From NCBI GenBank assembly GCA_028534125.1, contig CM052818.1, positions 17,300,001 through 17,364,000 on the forward strand: DNA of 64,000 nt, read 5' to 3'. Source of the DNA: Lama glama (Eukaryota). Of this stretch, positions 1 through 13,600 are shown piece by piece; positions within the stretch are counted from its first letter, which is position 1; each line of letters begins with the position of its first letter. Position numbers and translations under genes: made by a program. The notes below the pieces were generated by a model. The model saw nothing but the letters and a program-made list of their open reading frames with translations. It ran no database searches and was not told the DNA's origin.

Positions 1-269
1 ATTCTGCCCATATATTATTAATAACCCTAAATCATTACATGCAATGAACACCTGCATCTACAGATATTACAGATTCTGTTGTAATTTCTATGAAAATCAC
101 CTCAAAAGAAGAAAAGCCAGTTATTAGGCCAGGTCTTCATTCTTTAGGTAGCAGCCTCCTGACAAGTGAATATTTGCATGGCTAATCTTGCAAATCATAT
201 ATTGTATACTGACATTGCATGCTTCTCTTGTGCCTCCTTGGTCTAGACTGTTTTAATTAACTCTCTCTC

Positions 270-486
270 TTTTTTTTTTTATTGAAGTATAGTCAGTTTA
301 CAATATTGTGTCAATCTCTGGAGTACACCATAATGCCTCAGTCATACATATATATACATTTATTTGTTTTCATATTCTTTTTCATTATAGCTTACTACAA
401 GATACTAAATATAGTTCCCTGTGCTATGCAGAAGAAACTTGTTGTTTATCTATTTTATATATAGTAGCTAATACCTGCAAATCTCG
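270..486 (-). mobile_element. 5'-truncated artiodactyl/camelid-type L1 3' end
   Basis: Poly-T followed by attgaagtatagtcagtttacaatattgtg...atagttccctgtgctat, a typical L1 3' UTR in reverse; closely similar to 43190-43380. Confidence 0.85.
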
Positions 487-959
487 ATCCACAACTCTTG
501 GCAGCTGCCTCAAGTCATAGAGCTAAATGATACTGTCATTGAACTTGAACAATTAAAAAGAAAAGTCCCGATTACTGCTGGCGCTTCCTTTTCTCCTTAT
601 TATACCTTGTAGAGCTGCAACCTTCTTTTTCCCACTTTCCATCCCTTTTGTCTGGAATGAACACAAATGTTCAGATTTAACCCTTTACTTGTTCCTCATA
701 AATTGGCCTTTCTAAAATATGTGTGAGTTCTGTTGGATATTTTTCTCACCATTTCTTCACTTACACATCTCATAGGTGTGTAATGACAATCAAAAATATG
801 TGAGCAAGTGGCAGAACACAAACTGGACGGGTGAGACCAGGGGACTGGGGTGGGTGGGGATTGAGATCTCAGTTAAATGTCTGCCAGTAGCTCATTCTGT
901 CTGTTGGTAGATTAGGAAACCATCTTGCGTTTCACGTGATCGTACCTTGCACATCAACG

Positions 960-1035
960 AGTCCCAAGTTTTCATTTCTAAACTGTGAGAACTGAAGCCC
1001 AGAGAGGGTGTGTGACTTGTTGAGAGTCATACAGA
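960..1035 (-). mobile_element. MIR fragment
   Basis: gagaactgaagcccagagagggtgtgtgacttgttgagagtcatacag resembles the MIR core in reverse. Confidence 0.6.
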
Positions 1036-1859
1036 GAATCGGTTCACCTTTGTCAGACTTACGCACCTTATCTGTAAGGTGTGAAGACTGAAATTGTTAT
1101 TGGGTCATCTTTTTAATTCATATGGGATTCCAGAGTCTAGTTTTTTCCTAATATATTGCTATCTCTAAAAGTTTAATTTTTTTTCTTTTTGCATCTCATT
1201 TCATTCACTTTAGGTAATGTCTAGGATTATTGTACTTAGATTATCTTTTACATTAAATTTTTGTTCAGTCATTTGATTTTTCCCAGAGGACTTTGAAGGT
1301 AAAGCCTTACTATAGCCAGCATCCTCTAATCTGTACATAACAGCCGAAGTTCTGAATGAGTCAGGGGCTAAGAGGAGAGATTTTTACCCTCTAGAACTAA
1401 GACTATATAATTCTACCTCTGGAGCTTGTTGGTTAGTTTGTTTATTATTATCTGTAAAGGAGTGGTATTTATTTTTACCTCAGAGCCTAAAATGGTTCCC
1501 TTCAAAAAATACATTTGCATTTTTTTTTCATTTGCACTCCCAAATCAACCATCCCTCTTGTATCCTACAGGAGTCTTTCTATTTTATTTTTTATGACTTT
1601 TTATTGTAATGAAAAATTCTTTTTTGTCTCATTATTGTTTATGTATCTTGGCACTTTCTTACACTTGAACTCTGTAGCTTTTAGCATATCTTCTTTTTTG
1701 CTATAGTTGTTCTATTACCAGATTTCCAGTAAACAAGCTTACTTTCACATTCAGAGAGATTTAAAAAGATACTGCTGTTTCTGAACATTTTTTCTGTACT
1801 TTAGAATCAGTTGATACACTGTCTAACTTAAAGGGTTGCTTATAATTTAGTGATGAAGA

Positions 1860-2060
1860 CCTTTGGCAATAGACTAGCATTCAAATTCCAGCTCAGAGAC
1901 ATACTGGCTGTGTCACCTTTGGCAAATTCTACTTTAAACTATTCAGTCAGCTTCTGTAAAATGGTGATAATAATAGTTATTAAAATCAAATGTAATTCAA
2001 AGATTAAACAAAAAAATTTTGGAACGTTTGGCTGGTATTTGGCACAGTGTAGGAGTTGGG
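1860..2060 (+). mobile_element. MIR
   Basis: ttcaaattccagctc...ctggctgtgtcacctttggcaa...ctgtaaaatggtgataataatag...ggcacagtgtagg. Confidence 0.7.
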
Positions 2061-2949
2061 TAATGATTTTGGTTGTTTTTATTATTAACCAATAAGCTAA
2101 ACCTAGTAGGAATAATTATTACTAGCTATGTCAATTATTCAGGACCCAGCATGCAATTTCTCCTTAATAGCAGTGATGTGAAACTGATTTATATTTAAAT
2201 ATGTCCAGAGTGGCACCCAGTATATCTCAACTGCAAGCATATATATGGAAACTGTATCTATAGTTACTTCCATTGAAGTATAAACAAGTTTTTGTACCCA
2301 CAAATTACACTTATTTTTAGGGCACTGGTGTCAACAGCCACCTCTTCAAAGAAATTATTTCTTTTGATCCATTTAGTAACTTGATCCCAGCTGCATAAAA
2401 ATAGACTTGCAGTATTTCATTTTTTCTACAGACTGCTGATGGCTGCATTCCATAACTTAAGAAATCTGTCAAAAGGAAGCCTCTGAAACTCAAAAGCTTT
2501 TACAGAAACTTGTTGCACTCACTAGCATTCAAACTGAAATTATTTGCAATTCACAAAATACGGATTTTAAAAAAATATTGCCTCCAAATATTGAATACGA
2601 TCCTTCTCGCTACATTAGATATTGACTATTACAATTTTCATAACATAAACTTTATCCTGCAGTAATACATAGTAAGTACATACCTTTATGATGAAAGATT
2701 TTAGTATTTTCTCTTGAGTCAAATGGAATCAACGACTCAAATAGGGAGGCTATACCCAGAAAGGCTATGTGTATACAGGGGCTGCAGTGGATAACAGTAG
2801 CCTCGGCCAAAACTGTTAGTAGTGAACGCCTTGACCTCTTGGCAGAAACTCCAATTCTTCCACTCGTGTCTGTGAGTTTATTTATAGGGATTGGAAACTG
2901 TGTGAGATTTTGGTGCGTTATTACTATGATTTAGCTTTTATCAGAGAAC

Positions 2950-3200
2950 ACATTAATCAAAAATAAAGAGAACAGGTAGGTAAAGAGAATCCAAATGAAT
3001 CCATTACCCAGTTCTAACAATTCTCTATCAGACTAATACTGTTTTATCTACAGCTTCAACCCCTTCCACTTCTGTTCTCTGACTGGATTGTTTTGAAGCA
3101 AATCCTGTACATTGCCTCATTCACCTCCAGATACTTTGATATGAATTTTTAAAACATACGGACAAAAACGAACAGACAGGAAAACTGACCACAGTAACTT
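2950..3200 (-). mobile_element. Old L1M (L1MC/L1ME-like) 3' fragment
   Basis: ggattgttttgaagcaaatcctgtacat...tcattcacctccagatactttg resembles old L1MC 3' ends. Confidence 0.55.
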
Positions 3201-3724
3201 TTGTGCTATTTTGATGATGACATTATAGCCATGACCTAGAAATGTCCTCAATAGTATTCTTCCAGGACTCCCTACTGCCCCAGGATTCTCAGAGAACAAT
3301 ACGAGATGTGTGCCTAAATCCTGTCAATGCAGAGCTCTCTAGAAAATGTCATTAAGGCACCCAACGTTGACTTGAGGTCTAAGTGAAATCCCCCTCACAA
3401 ATCTGAATGTTCATCACTGTCACTCTGAGATCTTTCTGCAAGTGAGAGTGCGGGGGCTGGGGAAGGAATGGGTTCCCTTAGTCGTATACTGCTAGGAGTA
3501 AAAGAGGAACATCAGCAATTTCCAGCCTGATCCCAGAGCTTTCATCTACCTGGATCTGAGGCAAAAAAAGACCTTTGACTTCACCCCTCATTAGGATGTG
3601 CTGTGGCTCACCAGGAGCCTGGCACAGGAGTATCTGTCAAAAAGGAGAATGTACTTTCTCAAGTCTTACTTACTACCCAAGAGGAGACACACACACTCCT
3701 TACGGTACTAGAACATAAGTAAGA

Positions 3725-3870
3725 GGGGAGGGTATAGCTCAGTGGTAGAGTGCATGCTTAGCATGCATGAGGTCCTGGGTTCAATCCCCAGCACCTCCAT
3801 TAAATAAATAAGTAAACAAACAAGCAAACCTAATTACCAGCCCACCTCCCCCCAAACAAACAAACAAAAA
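3725..3870 (+). mobile_element. tRNA-Ala-derived camelid SINE (Vic-1 type)
   Basis: ggggagggtatagctcagtggtagagtgcatgcttagcatgcatgaggtcctgggttcaatccccagcacctcca (Pol III A/B boxes), then an A-rich linker, aaacctaattacc and a (CAAA)n tail; two more copies occur in the window. Confidence 0.9.
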
Positions 3871-4769
3871 TTTTAAGAAAATAAAGGGGAGAGTTGGTGG
3901 AAATTTGATTAATTGGATCAGTGTGTTTTGGGCAATGTTGATGTTATGGGATAGTAATAGATGTCTTCAAAAAGGGAGGGTGTTAGAGCCTGAAATATGT
4001 AGCTTGCAGTGGGGATCCCAAAGAAGCAGATGTGGTAGGGGATGTTTTTGAAACGTGTTTAGCTGTCAGTCTTTTATCTTCACTGAACATTTGTTAGGAT
4101 TCATGTTCCTCGTAATAGTCTTTGGGGAATGCTGATGTAGAAAATCAATATAGGAATGGGGAAGGAGTCTGAATGTTTTATTTTGTCCATTTACTGAGTT
4201 TAAATTATTTGCATGATTTTTCACTACATTACTGAAGTTTGAGCTGTGAGTATACATTGCAAGGAAGTGTTTTTTGGAACTTTTAAATCAAGTGACCGGA
4301 AGATAATTTTTTCTGACATTTGAAATGGAAAGGTTTTATATTCTAAGTCATCCTTGCTCTACTCATTTTATAATTCTGAGCTGTTCCATTCTTTGTTTCT
4401 GACTCAACTTATGGAAGAAATTGATAGATTTTTCATATAAAATAGGCGTGTATAAAGTTTCTCTTTTGGAAATTTCACATGTATTATTTATGTGAACGCC
4501 ATTACTATTAAATTTGGAAATGTAAGTGTCTACAGTTGGGTGTGAAGGGCCACGTGCATGCCTCTTGCTCTGTTGTGTTTCTGATGGCAAACTTATGGAA
4601 AAGTCATTAACCCCTGATCTTCCTGGTTAGACAGTAAAATAGTAGGATCTTCTCAGAAAAATAAACAAACAACAAAAACATGAAAGATTCATCAAAGATA
4701 GTCATAAACTAATCAGGTCACAAGTGGGGCATTGTTTTCAGTGTTTGGTTATATGTTTGTTAAAGAATA

Positions 4770-5180
4770 TTGACAAACTGAAAAGTGTTGCTCCCAGCTC
4801 TAAATGTCAATGAACCTAGAATGGCAGCTTGGAACCCTGAGGCTGTTCTGACTAGAGAAGCATAAATTCAAGGCAATATTACCATCATCTTCAAGTGTTT
4901 GAAAGACATTCTGAGTAAGCAAAAATGGCTTTGTTTTTTGTGGCTTTGAAAGGCAGTCTTGGACCTTTATGAGAAACACAGAGAGGAAAGTTTACAGAGA
5001 TATGAGTCCCTTTCTAATGATTAGAGCTGTGAACCATGCTAACGTGAGAGGTGGTAAGTTTTTAGTTATCTGCAGATCCAAGGTAGAGGATTTGTGCTAT
5101 CCACTGGAAATATTATCTAAGGATAATATTGACTGGAAGTTTGGGTTACACGACCGTCAACTCTATTCTTCATCAGTTCT
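4770..5180 (+). mobile_element. L3/CR1 LINE 3' fragment
   Basis: catcttcaagtgtttgaaag...ctttctaatgattagagctgt resembles the CR1/L3 ORF2 end. Confidence 0.55.
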
Positions 5181-5207
5181 ACTAATATTTTATAAATTAC
5201 AGTTCCA

Positions 5208-5360
5208 GCAGTAACCCTTCCAACTACATTGAGGACCATTTTGAGAGTCTGATAAAATTATGGATCTTGTCTCCATAAAAATGTACAGATGCACATCATT
5301 TGCCTACAATTTTGAAGATTCTTGGTCTCCTTAAAGCTTGTTCAGAGATCCCAGGAAAGG
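5208..5360. mobile_element. Ancient hAT-Charlie-type MITE fragment
   Basis: gaccattttgagagtctgataaaattatggatcttgtctccataaaaatgtaca...tttgcctacaatttt resembles ancient mammalian Charlie MITEs; subfamily not determined. Confidence 0.5.
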
Positions 5361-8300
5361 AAACTGATCTGTAATTTAATTAATTTTGCAATTCTGAATA
5401 AATCATTTACCCCCACCAGGCCACAGAATCCTCATAATTAAGGTGTAGTGATTAGAGATCTTTAATGTAGATAGATCTTTCCATTCATATATATGCATAT
5501 ATATACTATATATATTTGAGTTTCTGTTAGAAAGTAATTCTTGAGTATAAGACACATCCTCAAGAGGACCAAATGGAAATGGAAAGCAGGGGTCTTCACA
5601 CAATTTGAAAGGCTGAATCCTAGAAAACAGAAGCAATAAAGCCTCACTTCCCTGTTGGTTAGGATATGTTCTCCAGTCTCGATGTCCAATTTCGACCTTC
5701 GTCTGTCTGTAGTAATAAAACAAGAGCACAGAAGGTTTGTGTGGGAGTTCAACCCAAGTGAAAGACGAGGAGTGCCTTTTGTAATAAAAGACAATTGGCA
5801 GGCATGGGTGACTGGTGAGTCCATTTTACAGCTCATTAACACTGCCCTTGCTTGGCAGAGATCATTGCTGAGTTTGTCTACATGAAGTAATTATACCTCC
5901 TTACATATGCAAACATACAGGCACATATGGAAATGGAAATGGAAATTATTTCCTTTTAATCAATTCTAGGAAGAGGAATAGAGATCAACATTTTCTTACT
6001 ATTACAGTTCATGGTTGTTTTATGCTCATCATTCGTAGTGTGGTCTAGCTTCACTGCACACAAGACTGTCTTCAGTAATCTCAGATATATTATAGGGTAT
6101 AATTCTCAGTGTTAGTAAAAGTAGAGCAAAAGAATTAAGTGGAAAAGATTACGTAGACACTTTATTAGTACTTTTGAATTCCAGTACATGAAAGTAAAGG
6201 AGTTTTTTGAAAACTCCCCTTCTATCCCTCTCAACCAACCATAGACTTGTCTTTTTCCCCTTTCTCCTCCTTCACCTTTCTCTTTTTTCTTCTTATCATA
6301 AATAATTATTTATGGTGTATTCTAGGAAGTGCTTAGTGCTATAGAAAAAACAAAACGTGAAAGGAGATACAAAGAACCATCTGGGCAGGATATCAACCCT
6401 CAAGGCATTTACTATCTAGTGGCTGACAGAGGACACACTGAGTAAATCAGCATTTCTTTGTTTCTCATAAACACATACGGACATGCCAGGAAGCATTATC
6501 TTAAGAGCAGTACCAGACATTTACAAGCATCTGCTCTGTGTGAGGCTTTAGGCTGGCAAATACTTGTGACACTAGCGTTATCCAGTCTCTTGTTAAGAAT
6601 GCAGATTTCTGAGCTCATCCTCAGAAATGCAGTAAGTCTGGGGTGACGTACAATTTTTAATTTGTGGCTTCATGGGAAAGTGAATTTTGAAAGAAACACC
6701 TGTGTATGAAATGGAGACTCAGAGAAACATGAGACGTTGTCCCTACCCTCCTGGGGCTACAGAACAGCTCAAGGGAGAATCTGTACACGCAGAGATGAAA
6801 AACTGCATGGTGGTTAAAATTATGATAAATTCATGGCTGAAATTATGGCAGAGGTAGACACTGAGGAGAGTCTTCAATAAATAGAATAAAATAAATAGAA
6901 TAAATACCTTTTATCAAGAGATATGTGTATCTTTGCCTGTTAACCATGGCCATTATTCATTTCCTACTTTTTTTTTTTTTTTTGGTCTTTTACCTCCATT
7001 CTCCAATTTGTTCAGTTCATACAGCCTCCTCTCCACTGTGATTTTATGATCCTCCACTCATCTTCTTTTCCCCAGCCCCAAGAGACTGAGATCATGACTG
7101 TTCATGTGCTTTCAGGAGACCTCACAGCTCACAGACGTGGGTGGGAGGGGATGCTGGTCACCACTTCTAGCAGCAACCCGTGGGAGTTGTGGGTCCATGG
7201 CTATTTCAATATCACCTACTATAGAAATGCCATTTGGCTTCAGACGTGTGAGTGTTTGAGACCACAGGGAGTGTTGTGGAGGAGAATTACAGTCAGAAAT
7301 CATAAAGGACATCAAAAACCGGCTACTTTTTCAGATTAAAAGTGCATAAGGTAGCTGTACATCAGCTCTACCAGAATACAGAAGACAAGCAAAATCATGC
7401 TATTTAAATTTATTTGAGCTTGTGCATTTGAAATTACAGGATTTGTTGAACCTCCTATAAGATCCATCCAGGGTATGTGGTGTGAAAAGATAAGAATTCA
7501 AGTCTAATTAGAGCACTGATTAAACTCTCTTTGCTTATGATCAAGCAGAGTGGATATAATCAACTTAGAAATGGATAATTTGGAAGAAAAAAAAAGAAAT
7601 GGATAACTTGGGTGGTACAGTCTAATTGCAACAGAGTTCAATGGAAAATTCATAGAATATACATAATATATAATAGGTTAACCTGTGTGTCCAGTTTATT
7701 CCGCATGTGCCCGTATACTCTGTTGTCTATAGCTGTTATGATTATATCACCACCCACTTTTTTTCTCATTTTGACCTTGCCCTTCTATGATCTCCAGTGA
7801 GGTCTCTCTCTTCCCGTGTTTTAGACTATTTATTTGTAGGCTTCCAAACTGGTAGCCATATGTTCTCAGTTTCTTACTGTTAGAATTATTTTATTTATCT
7901 TACATGTGTGATACTTCCCTCTTGTACTGCTTCCTGAAGAACATGAAATACATTTCCCTGGACCTAAGGACATGATTGAAAATACACAAGATAATGAACA
8001 CATGTCTACTTTCCTGTGGATAGTTACTAGCTCCCCAAGGAGGTACTTGTGCATAAGTTATTTGCCTAGCCAGGGTGCAGCCAAACACTCGGAGGGTGGC
8101 CTTTGTGCCTTTTTTCTACAACTCTTGTGTAGGAATCTCCTCTCGGTTTCCTCGGCTGACAATTAGACCTAAGCTCTCTTTAGTATTCCTCACAAGCTCC
8201 ATTATTTCTTTATCTAAGGAAATATTCACAGGCAAGACCTCAGGACAGGGGAATAAATCAGAAATTACCTCATGGAAATGCAGATTAGTTCCACATCCTC

Positions 8301-10094
8301 ACTTTCTAAAAAGTTCTTTCTGGAACCTTCTCTTCATTTATGTGAGTGCTAAAATCTGCTTCTTTATTAATAGTTCCATCTATTGGTTCTTCCTCAACCT
8401 AGAAATCTAATAAAGAACAAGCGTATCTATGGCTGGTCACTCTCCTGTTTGTCAACATATCTTTTAAAACAGGGAACCCAGCCTGTCAAACCATACTCTA
8501 TGTGTCTTATTGTAAAGTGTGGAAAAATGAACTGCATAATTGAATTCAGTTCTTGCAATTTTTCTAACAGTTGCATCAAACTGTTGTCTATGATTACATG
8601 TTTGTTCTGTGAAAATCTCCTGGTTCTTTTTTACCCTAAGACCTACACAATCAGTTCTTAGCCTGTGCTTATGCTGTTGATTTTCTCAAACCTACATGTG
8701 AGAGTTCACATTTATGCATGTGAATTTTTCCTGCTCTAAAGCATATGGGAGTCTGATGAAGAGGATGTCCTGCCAGTTGAAAGTGTGTCTTATGAGCTCT
8801 GTAATAATTTAAAAAATCCTCACTCCTCTGTGGAGCCTCTGTGTTCTTCCTGGATAATGTTTATGTGCATTTGTGTGAACAACGTGTGCACAGAAGAAAA
8901 AGCAAAAGTCCAGCTTTAAATTTTAACCTGGGACGTTGAGGACTGTAGGAGGCGATAACAAAGACGTTCTTTGTAAGCAATATAACTATCGATCTTGTGC
9001 CACAGTGGTTTTCTGGCTGCCCAAGCCAACAACTTGTTGCTTCTGTGCATTTAATCATGGTGCAGTGCCCAAGAGTTAAGGTGACTGAAACTCTTTAGTC
9101 AGACAGGTAATTGCACATGTACATCAAAGTTAATAGTGGCCTTCCAGAATGATAGAATATTAAATGCAAGGGAATTGTTTGGATCAATATTTGTTTCTTA
9201 CAAACTTCATAAACAGCAATTGTCAAATAGGTGGTAAGCACCTGGTCAATAAGTGTGTCGGGATTGTGCACACTGCTGCTTTGAAACCTTCTGAGTATGA
9301 GGCTGTATTAGCGAAGGTAAGAATACTCATTCGGCTCCAGTTTAATTGCATCTACGGGGCAGTTTCTGTAGGTCACAAGGTGCGTAACATCCTTTCATGG
9401 ACTTCAGGAGAGGGCTGGGATCAGACCAATTCAAGAGAAGGAGGCAGTAAGCCCACAGACTCATTTCCTCCACTAGAACCAAGCCCTTGATTGTTTCCTT
9501 CTGGACAAGCTCAGGGCCTGGTACAGACCCTGCTATAGAGCAGGTGCTCAATACATATTTGTTAGATAGATAAATCATTTGATACTTTGATGAATGAATG
9601 GACAAATTAATGTATATCAGCTGCACCCACTCACACTTAGGTGCATTGCCTGGGAAGATGAGTTTATTACTAACAAGTCCACTTCAGGGACCCCCTGATT
9701 GAAGAGTGTGTCTTCGGCAGGTTTTAATTCCTCTCTAGGAAGTGGAGTGTTCTCTTTCTTTTTCTTGGCATGCTCAGGAAGGACAAAGAGGAAACATTTG
9801 CCTTCAGCTTCATACCATTCTTTACTCGAAGGCATTTTCTTCTTGTTCAAGGGCCTTGGAGAGCTTTATTTCCCAATTATTATTTTTAATGGGCCCCTGC
9901 ATTAAAGCAACTACCTTAACTTTCTAAAATGCATGTTGTTCTAGAGGAATCCAAAGCATATCCTGACCCTTTAAAATCACAATTCTGAGTACTATGTTAC
10001 TAACTTTCCTTTAGTGTAAATGTCTCCCTGAAAGCCCCACATGGCTAACGTACTAACGTACATGGCTAAGAAGTCATCTTCCCCATAAAGTAGT

Positions 10095-10634
10095 TATATA
10101 TTAGATATGTATTTAGCATCTAAAAAGTGATAACCTGACTTACATTGGATTAAACAGAAGATAGTTTATTTTTCGAATTTGAGGTAGGTGACCTGTTCAG
10201 AGGTGGGTGATACAGGACTAGCGTAACTCCAGAGGGAAATGTCAAGTGTTTAGGCTCCTTCTATCTTTTTGCTTTTGCATCCTTAGAATATGATTTAGAC
10301 CTCATGCTCTCAGAATGGGTATCTTCCAGAGACAGTGATTCTGCATTTTGGGCAGGAGGAATAAGGCTTTGTGGCAGAAAGGCCGCAGGGATATGCTGTC
10401 TAAGTCTGCCTTCTTAAAAAACCTTTCCCAAGGACATCGTTTACATTTCTTCAAGATTAACTGGGTCGCAAAGGCGCTCTGACTGTAGGGGAGTTTGGGA
10501 TGGCAGGGATTTTTAGTGGGGCGTATTGCCACTCTATGTACTTTACTCCTCCCTACCCTCCAAAAACAACTGGTTCAATTTACAAGGAAGAAAGCAGAGT
10601 AGATGTTGAGTACAAATTGGGAGTACCTGCTACA
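10095..10634 (-). mobile_element. MLT1 (ERVL-MaLR) solo LTR, old
   Basis: Ends cctgctaca (reverse of TGTAGCAGG); internal ggctccttctatc... and tttatttt poly(A)-signal motifs typical of MLT1J/K/L. Confidence 0.6.
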
Positions 10635-13600
10635 ACTGCTGTTCTAGATTGATAGCTTGATTTATTAGCCTAGGACTGGGCTGCCCCCCAAAACTACAAT
10701 TGAGAAGTCACTAATTTTTAAAATGAATTTTGGTGTATTCCTATGTAGATCCTACCTAGTAGTTATGAGAAACTATTGGATTCTTTATAGATCTGAGTCT
10801 GATTACAAATCATACTATTTTTATGCCATTTTTTAAAATCTGGGAAATTGCAACACACTTTCCATTCTTTGACCTGTTAACAATCCAACTCAATTTTTTT
10901 TTTCATTCCCAATCCTGGAAAACTAGTGGATTCAAACTTTGTTTGCCCAGCTTACCTATTTTCAATTGTTCTGTTACTAGACTGAGAGTTTACACTGGGT
11001 GAAAAGAATACTGTCTGCTCCAGATTCTACTTACTTCAGGCACAGTGAACAACTCCAGACTTCTCCGACTGTTTGATTGAAACAGTCAGATTTTATTCTG
11101 TTGAGTAATAGATCTGTACTCTCATAATTTGGTTTCTGTGTATAGTTCTATATTCCCTTTAATTTTCATAAATAATTTCCAAATGTATACAATAGATTAT
11201 TCCACCAAAATTAGAAAATATTACTCCAGTTATACATAAAACAAGAAATATCTACTATGTTAATACACTTATTTTCTTGCTCTTATTTAATGTCTCTTTA
11301 GGCTATTTAATTCAAAAATGCCTTAACATCACTATTTTGACAAATTGGGGAAAAAAAGATAATTAAAATAAGAGCTAAAACTTCCTCCACTAATCAGTCA
11401 CCGTACCTCAGATGTCTGTTAACAGTATGAAGTGTAGGATTCTAGGGCAACGCGGATAACTGAGGAATAGTTTGAAATAAATTATAAGGTTTTGTCACAA
11501 CCCTATTATTTAGCTCTGGGGACTTTTTGTTCTTCGTTATCTGACATGACAATCTTCAGCATAGAAAATGTGCAGCTTCCTTAAACATGACTCACATGAG
11601 CAATAAACCTTTAAATAAAAAATGGGCTGTGAACACAGGCTCATGGTTTTCCTTCCCCACACTTTACACATGTGACTGTTACTCACCTTTACTGTTTAAG
11701 AGTATGCTTTCCTCCTCCGTGAATGTAAATGCATTTTACATTGATTAGGATTTTCACATGATACTCCAGAACACAGCTTTACACTTAACTTTTCTTAAAT
11801 CTGAATACAATACTGACTGATGACAGTGGTTAATAGTGTTGTGAACCTTAAAAGGAAAGCAAACATTTTTTGCCAAAATGTACATAATTTTCAATTTCTA
11901 GTGCTAGCAAATGTTACTTCCTACAAAATTAAAAAAAAAAATCACCTAAATTTTTCTAAAAGAAAGAAAAGGAAAAGCCTCACGTCTAAGTTCAAATTCT
12001 TCCTTGTTGAGCTCATTATCTTTGGCTTGTATAGCGGTTTAGGTGTTTTTTTTTTCTTCTCTTTTCTTTTTAATGCTGTGTAAAGGTTGGTTCAAAACTG
12101 TAAACATAAAAGAGGTCTTTTTAAAATCTCTTCTATTGATTGGCTGGGAAGGTTTGTGTTTGGGGGGATCTCTTGCAGTTTCTCTAGAGACTATTTATGT
12201 AAATTGAAAAAAAATCAGCATTTCTTGAAAATATAACTAAAACTGTGATTTAACAGTACAAAAGAGGGTACTGTCTAATCCCTCCAATAGGAGATTGCTT
12301 TTCTTCATGATCCGTTGCTTCCGTACTGTTTCTGGTGCCTTCTGCTGAAGGAGAAAAGACCATGCCTGTTTGCTTGCCTCTGAAAGGCTAGGCAGGAAAT
12401 AACCACTGAAATGAGTAAATTTCAATAATACTAGTAAAATGCATGACTGATAAGATCTTCAAGTCTCAATGGGACAACTGTGACTATACCAAACTGTGAT
12501 GTACGTGGGATCCTGAAATGAGAAATTGAGAATTTGGCATAGCGTAGCAATGAGGATGTGACTTCTCTGTGGCTCGTCTACATACTACTGTAAATGTTTG
12601 ATGGAATGAGATAGCGTGTGATTCCCAAACTGATGATTTTGTGAAGTAGATAGGTTTTTCTGCATGATCCTCTGAATTTTTTCTTTGGCAGATGGCAAAT
12701 CGAAATGTTGCCAAAATGAAAGGCTACTGATTATGTTTGCAGTTGATCTACCATTGGCCATTAAACTATCCAGTTCTCACCACATTTTAAGTTGGTGTTT
12801 GCTGTGCTAGGAAGTAACATTATTTTGAAGCAAACCACTGTGAATTGGACTAACACAGTTCCATTCTCAGTATTTGGCTCCTAAATTTCATTAATGAGTG
12901 ACATTTTGCATTGCACAGAAAATTGCACACTGTTTTGGCTCTCCATCCTTAAAAACTAGGACAGCAAATTCAGTTTTAAGTATTTAAGGGTAATGGTAGA
13001 TGAGATGTTTATTTCTTCTCTCCATTTGGATATAAAGCTTTCCCTTAAGTCTAGGAATGTTTCTTGTATCTTTTTGATTAGGTGCCTAAAGCAATCTGAG
13101 GGTAAACTAATTCATTTGAAAATAATATACAAGGCAGTCATCAGGTATGCATTTAAAAAAATCATCAGATATGCTTTTGTTTTAATACCTATGATGTCTT
13201 AAATATTGAAGACCACACCATATGCCTAATGAAAGCTTCATTAGGAAGACATTAGTAGATTAATTCCACTTGCTGGGTGGTTTATTTTACTTAGAATGCA
13301 ATAAGGTAAGTTCATTAGTTTGCAGACGTAATGTTTTCTACAGTACCTCAGTGCAACTAGGAACAATTCCACAGAGGTCTACGGATCCACTAACACCTGT
13401 CAAGATAAACACACACGTCTCTGGGGGAATCATCTCAGCAGCAGAACAGAGAAAACCTGAGGAAAGTAATTCTTTCATGAGAGAAAAAGAAGACAGATTT
13501 TTAAAAAAGCTGATTAGTGATTTTTGGAAACGCCTCGCAGAGGTCATGTATTTTTATGTAAGTTTCAAAAAAATATATTCTCTCTTTTAAGAATAAGTGT

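Noticed and set aside
840..859. Isolated canonical G4 motifs (also 48506-48529)
   Set aside because: Common in mammalian DNA, with no contextual support.
3728..3799. Apparent tRNA-Ala(AGC) gene (similar heads at 56024 and 63876)
   Set aside because: The acceptor stem is mismatched, there is no oligo-T terminator, and a SINE body with A-rich tail follows; it is a SINE head.
13225..13245. Short inverted repeats (cctaatgaa-agc-ttcattagg; also 46601-46629 and about 54355-54382)
   Set aside because: Stems of 9-11 bp are expected by chance in 64 kb and are too short for pre-miRNA calls.
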